Positions 59,552 through 64,000 of a DNA stretch of 64,000 bases are shown here, in pieces. Location: the NCBI GenBank assembly GCA_963826615.1, contig CAWGXO010000002.1:2506649-2570648 (forward strand), read 5' to 3'. Position 1 is the stretch's first letter, and the number at the start of each line of letters is the position of its first letter. A program made the translations under genes and the position numbers. The stretch comes from an uncultured Actinomycetes bacterium. GTDB lineage: Bacteria; Actinomycetota; Thermoleophilia; Solirubrobacterales; Solirubrobacteraceae. The notes under the pieces were generated by a model. That model was given only the letters and a program-made list of their open reading frames with translations. It was not told the DNA's origin and searched no databases.

Positions 59552-61552
59552 ATGAGCACGACCGCCGCCACGACCGAGCAGCTCTGCATCGACACCGATC
59601 CGGACGCTGTCGATGGACGCCGTCCAGAAGGCCAACTCCGGCCACCCCGGGATGCCGATGGCGATGGCGCCGGTCGGCCTACCTGCTCTACGCCGAGGTC
59701 ATGCGCCACAACCCGCGCGATCCCGACTGGCCCGACCGCGACCGCTTCGTCCTTCAGCGCGGGCACGGCTCGATGCTGCTCTACAGCGCGCTGCACCTCT
59801 CCGGCTACGACCTGTCGCTCGACGACCTCAAGGCGCTTCCGCCAGTGGGGCTCGCTGACGCCGGGCCACCCCGAGCGCGACCGCGTCCACGTCACGCCGG
59901 GCGTGGAGGTGACGACCGGGCCGCTGGGCCAGGGCTTCGCCAACGGCGTCGGCATGGCGATGGCCGAGCGCTTCCTGCGCGAGCGCTACGGCGAGCGAGG
60001 TCAGTCGACCACCGCGTCTACGCGATCGTCTCCGACGGCGACCTGATGGAGGGCATCGCCTCCGAGGCCGCCTCGCTGGCCGGCCACCTCGGCCTCGGCC
60101 GGCTGGTCTACCTCTACGACGACAACGACATCTCGCTCGACGGCCCGACGGGACTCTCGTTCGACGTCGAGGACGTGACCAAGCGCTTCGAGGCCTACGG
60201 CTGGCACGTGCTCTCCGTCCACGACGCCAACGACCTCGACCGCGCTGCGCACGGCGGTGCTCGACCGCGCAGCGCATCGAGGACCGCCCGACGCTGATCC
60301 GCGTCAAGTCGATCATCGGCTATCCCGTCGCCCAACAAGGCCGGCACGTCCAAGGCGCACGGCTCGCCGCTGGGCGAGGACGAGGTCCGCGCGACCAAGG
60401 AGGCCCTCGGCTGGGATCCCGACGCCCACTTCGAGGTGCCCGAGGGTGTCTACGAGGCGTTCAGCGCCGTGGAGCGCGGCGCCGAGGCCCAGGCGGAGTG
60501 GGAGCGGCGCTTCGCGGCGTGGCGCGAGGCCGACGCCGACCGCGCGGCCGAGTGGGACGCCGCCTGGCAGCGCCCGGTCGGCCGGCCGCTGCCGGGGCTG
60601 CGCGGCGGCGCTGCCGTCCTTCGATGCCGAGATCCCCTCGCGCGGCGCCGGGGGCAAGGCCATGGCCGCCTTCGCGCCGTACGTGCCGACGATGGTCGGC
60701 GGCGCGGCCGACCTCTCCGAGTCGACCAAGACCGAGTTCCCGGGGGAGGGGGAGCGCTTCACGCGCGAGCGGGCCGGCCGCAACGTCTACTTCGGGGTGC
60801 GCGAGCACGGGATGGGCGGCGCGGTCAACGGCATGGCCGCCCACGGGGGCATCGTCCGGCCCTACGGCTCGACGTTCCTGCAGTTCTCCGACTACATGCG
60901 CGGCGCGATCCGGCTCAGCGCGCTCACCGACCTGCCGGTGGCGTGGGTCTTCACCCACGACTCGGTCGGCCTCGGCGAGGACGGCCCGACGCACCAGCCG
61001 GTGGAGCACCTCGCTGCGCTGCGGGCGATCCCGGGGCTGACCGTCCTGCGCCCGGGCGACGGCAACGAGACGAGCGCCGCGTGGCGCACGATCCTCGAGG
61101 ACCTCGAGGGCCCCGCCTGCCTCGTCCTCTCGCGCCAGGGCATCGGGCCCGTCGCCTCGCCGGAGGCGGCGACGGAGGGCGTGCCGCGTGGCGCCTACGT
61201 GGTTCGCGACGCCGACGAGCCGAAGGCCGTGATCGTCGCGACCGGCTCCGAGGTGACCACCGCGCTCGGCGCCGCCGACGAGCTGGGCGCCGACATCCCG
61301 GTGCGCGTCGTCTCGATGCCCAGCTGGGAGCTCTTCGCCCGCCAGGACGAGGCCTACCGGTCCGAGGTGCTCGGCGAGGGCGTGCCGCGGATCTCGGTCG
61401 AGGCGGGCATCGCGATGGGCTGGTCGCGCTGGGTCGACGCCTCGGTGTCGATCGAGCGCTTCGGCGCCTCCGCGCCGGGGACCGAGGTCCTCGAGCGCTT
61501 CGGCTTCACGCCGGCGGCGGTCGCCGAGCGGGTCAGAGACCTCCTGAGCTGA
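59552..61552 (+). pseudogene. tkt: Transketolase, broken by about nine single-base insertions
   Basis: The segments are in rotating frames: [15 protein letters not shown] / [26 protein letters not shown] / [42 protein letters not shown] / [13 protein letters not shown]...[18 protein letters not shown] / [23 protein letters not shown]...[10 protein letters not shown] / [14 protein letters not shown] / SPNKAGTSKAHGSPLG / ...GGAADLSESTKT...FGVREHGMG...THDSVGLGEDGPTHQPVEHLAALRAIPG. Breaks fall at ~59597, 59676, 59836, 59996, 60003, 60241, 60269, 60327 and 60600. Confidence 0.9.
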
Positions 61553-62981
61553 GGACCCGGCCGGCGTCGCCGGCGACGGTGACGTGGATCGCGGCGGGCT
61601 CGCGGACCCAGGTGATGAGGTTCAGCGCCGTCAGCCGGTCGAGGGTGAACTGGAACGCCCGGGCCTGGGCGCGGTCGCGATAGCGCCGGCGGATGTCGAA
61701 CGCGAAGCCGGTCGTGTGCAGCGAGTAGCGCCTGGTGGCCTGCGGGTTGCCGTGCGCGAGCATCCGCTGGTAGCGGGCATCGCGCACCGCCGAGTCGATC
61801 GAGAGCGGCGCGAGGCCGGAGATGTCGCGCACCGCGAGCCCGAGGTAGCGCAGCAGCGCCCGCGCCGCCGGCCGCAGCGCCCGGTAGCGGGCGCGGTCGA
61901 CGTGCAGGCGTCCCGCGAGCTCGCCGAGCGTGGCGTCGAGTCGCAGGCCCATCGTGCCCAGCGACCCGGCCGTCAGCGGCACCAGCGCCCCGCTCGCCCG
62001 TGCCGCTAGCAGGGCCGCGGGGTCGGCGAAGACCTCGGTCGAGCCCGGCGGGTGCAGGACCTCCTCGGCGCTGTTGCGCGCCGTCTGGAGGGCCGCCAGC
62101 CGGCGCAGCGCCGCCGGGTCGGCACGCCAGAGCCGCATGATCTCGCGCGCGGCCAGCAGGCGCCAGAGGTAGGTGGACGAGTCGTCGCCGAGCCGGGCCA
62201 GCAGCGCCCACGCCTGCGCGTGGCGCAGCGGGGTCGAGTCGAAGAACAGGCGGGCGTAGGGGACGGGCTGCTCGCCGTAGGCCCGCAACGCGTCCTGGAG
62301 GTTGCCGACGCCCATGTGGTAGCTGACGAACGCGAGGTCGTCGCGGTGCAGCAGGCCTCGGGCGAAGTCGAGGTAGCGGCCGGTCGCCGCCAGCGCCTTG
62401 GCGGGGTCGAAGCGCTCGTCGACGCGGCGGCGCAGGCGCGTGCGCTCGGCGACCTTGTGCCCGCGCGCGATGCCGCGGGTCAGCCGCTCGCTGGCGGTCA
62501 CGTCGATCCGCATCTTCAGCAGGTTGCGCCCGGTCTCGGCGAGGATCTGCGTGAGCCCGGCGGCGCCGTTGAGGTCGCTGCTCGCCCGCGCGTCGGGCCG
62601 GCCGCCGCTCTCGAGGAACACCAGCGCCTCGAGCAGGTCGGGGTCCAGGCCGTAGCGGCCGGCGACGCGCTGCACGAGGCCTCGCCAGCGGGCGGTGCGC
62701 TTCGCGGTCGCCACCGCGCCGCCGGGCGACTTGGCGTAGAGCACGTGGGCGAGCCCCTCCGCCGCGCGCCGCTCGAAGGCTGCGCGCCGGTCCTCGGCGT
62801 ACGCGAGCGGGTCGCGCGTGCCGTTGCCCGGCTCCGCGAACGGCGTCAGGCGCTCGCCGGACCCGCCGCCGGAGGCGAGCAGGATGACCGCGACGACGGC
62901 CACGAGGAGGACCCCGGCGCCGGCCAGCAGGAGCCGCAGCGGGGGTCGGCGGCCGGGACGCATCCGTCCCACGGTAGGCAT
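61533..62981 (-). CDS. Membrane-anchored lytic transglycosylase (SLT domain) with an extended C-terminal domain
   Basis: A TM helix (LLLAGAGVLLVAVVAVILLA), then GLDPDLLEALVFLESGGRPDARASSDLNGAAGLTQILAETG...SYHMG. The C-terminus ...YSLHTTGFAFDI resembles peptidase M15-like motifs. Confidence 0.75.
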   Translation of the reverse strand: MPTVGRMRPGRRPPLRLLLAGAGVLLVAVVAVILLASGGGSGERLTPFAEPGNGTRDPLAYAEDRRAAFERRAAEGLAHVLYAKSPGGAVATAKRTARWRGLVQRVAGRYGLDPDLLEALVFLESGGRPDARASSDLNGAAGLTQILAETGRNLLKMRIDVTASERLTRGIARGHKVAERTRLRRRVDERFDPAKALAATGRYLDFARGLLHRDDLAFVSYHMGVGNLQDALRAYGEQPVPYARLFFDSTPLRHAQAWALLARLGDDSSTYLWRLLAAREIMRLWRADPAALRRLAALQTARNSAEEVLHPPGSTEVFADPAALLAARASGALVPLTAGSLGTMGLRLDATLGELAGRLHVDRARYRALRPAARALLRYLGLAVRDISGLAPLSIDSAVRDARYQRMLAHGNPQATRRYSLHTTGFAFDIRRRYRDRAQARAFQFTLDRLTALNLITWVREPAAIHVTVAGDAGRVLSSGGL

Positions 62982-62992
62982 ACCGTCGGCGC

Positions 62993-63979
62993 GTGCGCCT
63001 GCTGCGTCCGCCGCTCCCCGATCCGATTGCGCTCGGCGACGACGACCTCGTCATCGCCGCCGACAACGCCGAGGTCCTGCCGCTGCTGCCGGAGGCGGCG
63101 TTCGACCTCGTCTACGTCGACCCGCCGTTCAACACGGGCCGCGAGCGGCGGCGCGGGAGCCTTGCCTACGACGACCGCCATGCCGACTACCTGGGGTTCT
63201 TGCTCCCGCGGCTCGAGCGCGCCCGCGAGCTGCTCGCCGAGCACGGGACGCTCTACGTCCACCTCGACCACCGCGAGAGCCATCGGGTCAAGCTCGCGCT
63301 CGACGAGCTCTTCGGCGAGCGGTGCTTCCTCAACGAGCTGGTCTGGGCCTACGACTTCGGCGGGCGCCCGCGCGACCGCTGGCCGGCCAAGCACGACACG
63401 ATCCTCGTCTACGTCCGCAATCGCGGGCGCCACTGGTTCGACACCACCGAGGTCGAGCGCGAGCCGTACATGGCCCCGGGCCTGGCGGGCCCGGTCAAGG
63501 CGGCGCGAGGCAAGATCCCGGCGTCGGTGTGGTGGTCGACGATCGTCCACACCACCGGCCGCGAGAAGACCGGCTACCCCACCCAGAAGCCCGAGGCGGT
63601 CGTCCGGCGGATCGTGGCGGCCTCGTGCCGGCCCGGCGCGTGGTGCCTGGACTTCTTCGCCGGGTCGGGCACGCTGGGAGCGGCCGCGCTCGCGCTCGGG
63701 CGCCGCTACGTGCTCGTCGACGTCAACCCGGACGCCGTCGAGGTGATGGCGCGCCGGCTAGGGCCGCCCGCGGCCGAGGGTCCGGCTGAGGGCGGGCGCG
63801 ACGATCGCGAAGGCGGCGATCACCGCCAGCAGCACGCCGAAGACGCCGCCTCCGAGGGCGACGACGACGACGGCCGCTGCGGCGGCCACGATCAGGGCGG
63901 GCAGGACGATTCGGCTCACGCGCCCAGCGCTACCCGGCCGCCGAGCGCGCCAACCGCCCCCGTGCGGGGCGGCGGGTGA
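62993..63979 (+). CDS. Beta-class DNA methyltransferase (N6-A/N4-C type); 3' end uncertain
   Basis: FDLVYVDPPFNTG (motif IV) lies N-terminal to YPTQKPEAVVRRIV and LDFFAGSGTLGAAA (motif I). After ~63760 the frame turns into charged low-complexity sequence that is antisense to a hydrophobic minus-strand ORF. The true stop may therefore be near 63760. Confidence 0.75.
   Translation: MRLLRPPLPDPIALGDDDLVIAADNAEVLPLLPEAAFDLVYVDPPFNTGRERRRGSLAYDDRHADYLGFLLPRLERARELLAEHGTLYVHLDHRESHRVKLALDELFGERCFLNELVWAYDFGGRPRDRWPAKHDTILVYVRNRGRHWFDTTEVEREPYMAPGLAGPVKAARGKIPASVWWSTIVHTTGREKTGYPTQKPEAVVRRIVAASCRPGAWCLDFFAGSGTLGAAALALGRRYVLVDVNPDAVEVMARRLGPPAAEGPAEGGRDDREGGDHRQQHAEDAASEGDDDDGRCGGHDQGGQDDSAHAPSATRPPSAPTAPVRGGG
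63758..63919 (-). CDS. Candidate 53-aa two-helix membrane protein
   Basis: Not in the track (under 60 aa). GTG at 63919 gives VSRIVLPALIVAAAAAVVVVALGGGVFGVLLAVIAAFAIVAPALSRTLGRGRP, with TAG at 63760-63758. It overlaps the tail of the methyltransferase ORF. Confidence 0.3.
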   Translation of the reverse strand: MSRIVLPALIVAAAAAVVVVALGGGVFGVLLAVIAAFAIVAPALSRTLGRGRP

Positions 63980-64000
63980 AGCACGGCTCGTCGGCCCACC

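Noticed and set aside
59757-59765. The FVLQRGHG variant of the invariant transketolase FVLSAGHG motif as a real active-site substitution.
   Set aside because: It sits in the densest indel cluster and is explained by an inserted C plus a missing C 8 nt apart, so it is most likely an artefact.
62993-63979. The methyltransferase as part of a restriction-modification or other defence island.
   Set aside because: No endonuclease, helicase, ATPase or specificity gene is adjacent within the window. The neighbours are a lytic transglycosylase and transketolase. The downstream side is cut off by the window end, so this cannot be fully excluded.

Overview
The window is about 72-73% GC and covers the chromosomal replication-origin region of an actinobacterium-like genome. 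The synteny is typical of that region, and a flagellar sigma factor plus csrA hints at a motile deep-branching lineage such as Thermoleophilia (inference only). Gene order is as follows. (1) rnpA-rpmH, divergent from dnaA-dnaN-recF-DUF721-gyrB-gyrA. (2) A secreted glycosidase, an HNH endonuclease, pheA, DUF4446 and a CARDB membrane protein. (3) The conserved cell-growth signalling operon: an extra Ser/Thr kinase, then fhaA-fhaB-pstP-rodA-pbpA-pknB with ddl coupled on the end, and a third convergent kinase. (4) A DsbA-like gene, a fliA-csrA module with a divergent FlaG-like ORF, and purM-uppP-dedA. (5) A roughly 16.5 kb cell-envelope glycan locus (30.9-47.5 kb): a CapD-like dehydratase, a LytR_C protein, comA plus a phosphatase, a Wzy-like ligase, a GT-C enzyme, a Wzx flippase, GT2 and GT4 enzymes, a priming sugar transferase and an ATP-grasp enzyme. 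(6) A PGRP-type amidase, DUF3105 and a GGDEF/HD-GYP protein. (7) Metabolic genes (CoA-transferase, SDR, ppa, tkt), a lytic transglycosylase and an orphan DNA methyltransferase. I saw no rRNA, tRNA, CRISPR array, IS element or prophage. The most striking sequence-level observation is that 11 otherwise intact conserved genes, including dnaA, ppa and tkt, are broken by about 24 single-base insertions. Every break I could resolve is +1, and they cluster at 45.2-45.9 kb and 57.8-60.6 kb. This looks like insertion-biased consensus error, not real gene decay. Most long ORFs in the six-frame track are GC-driven artefacts. I found no convincing novel defence-type system. The most biologically interesting candidates are the comA-containing glycan operon, the fliA-csrA module, and a structured non-coding region downstream of gyrA.
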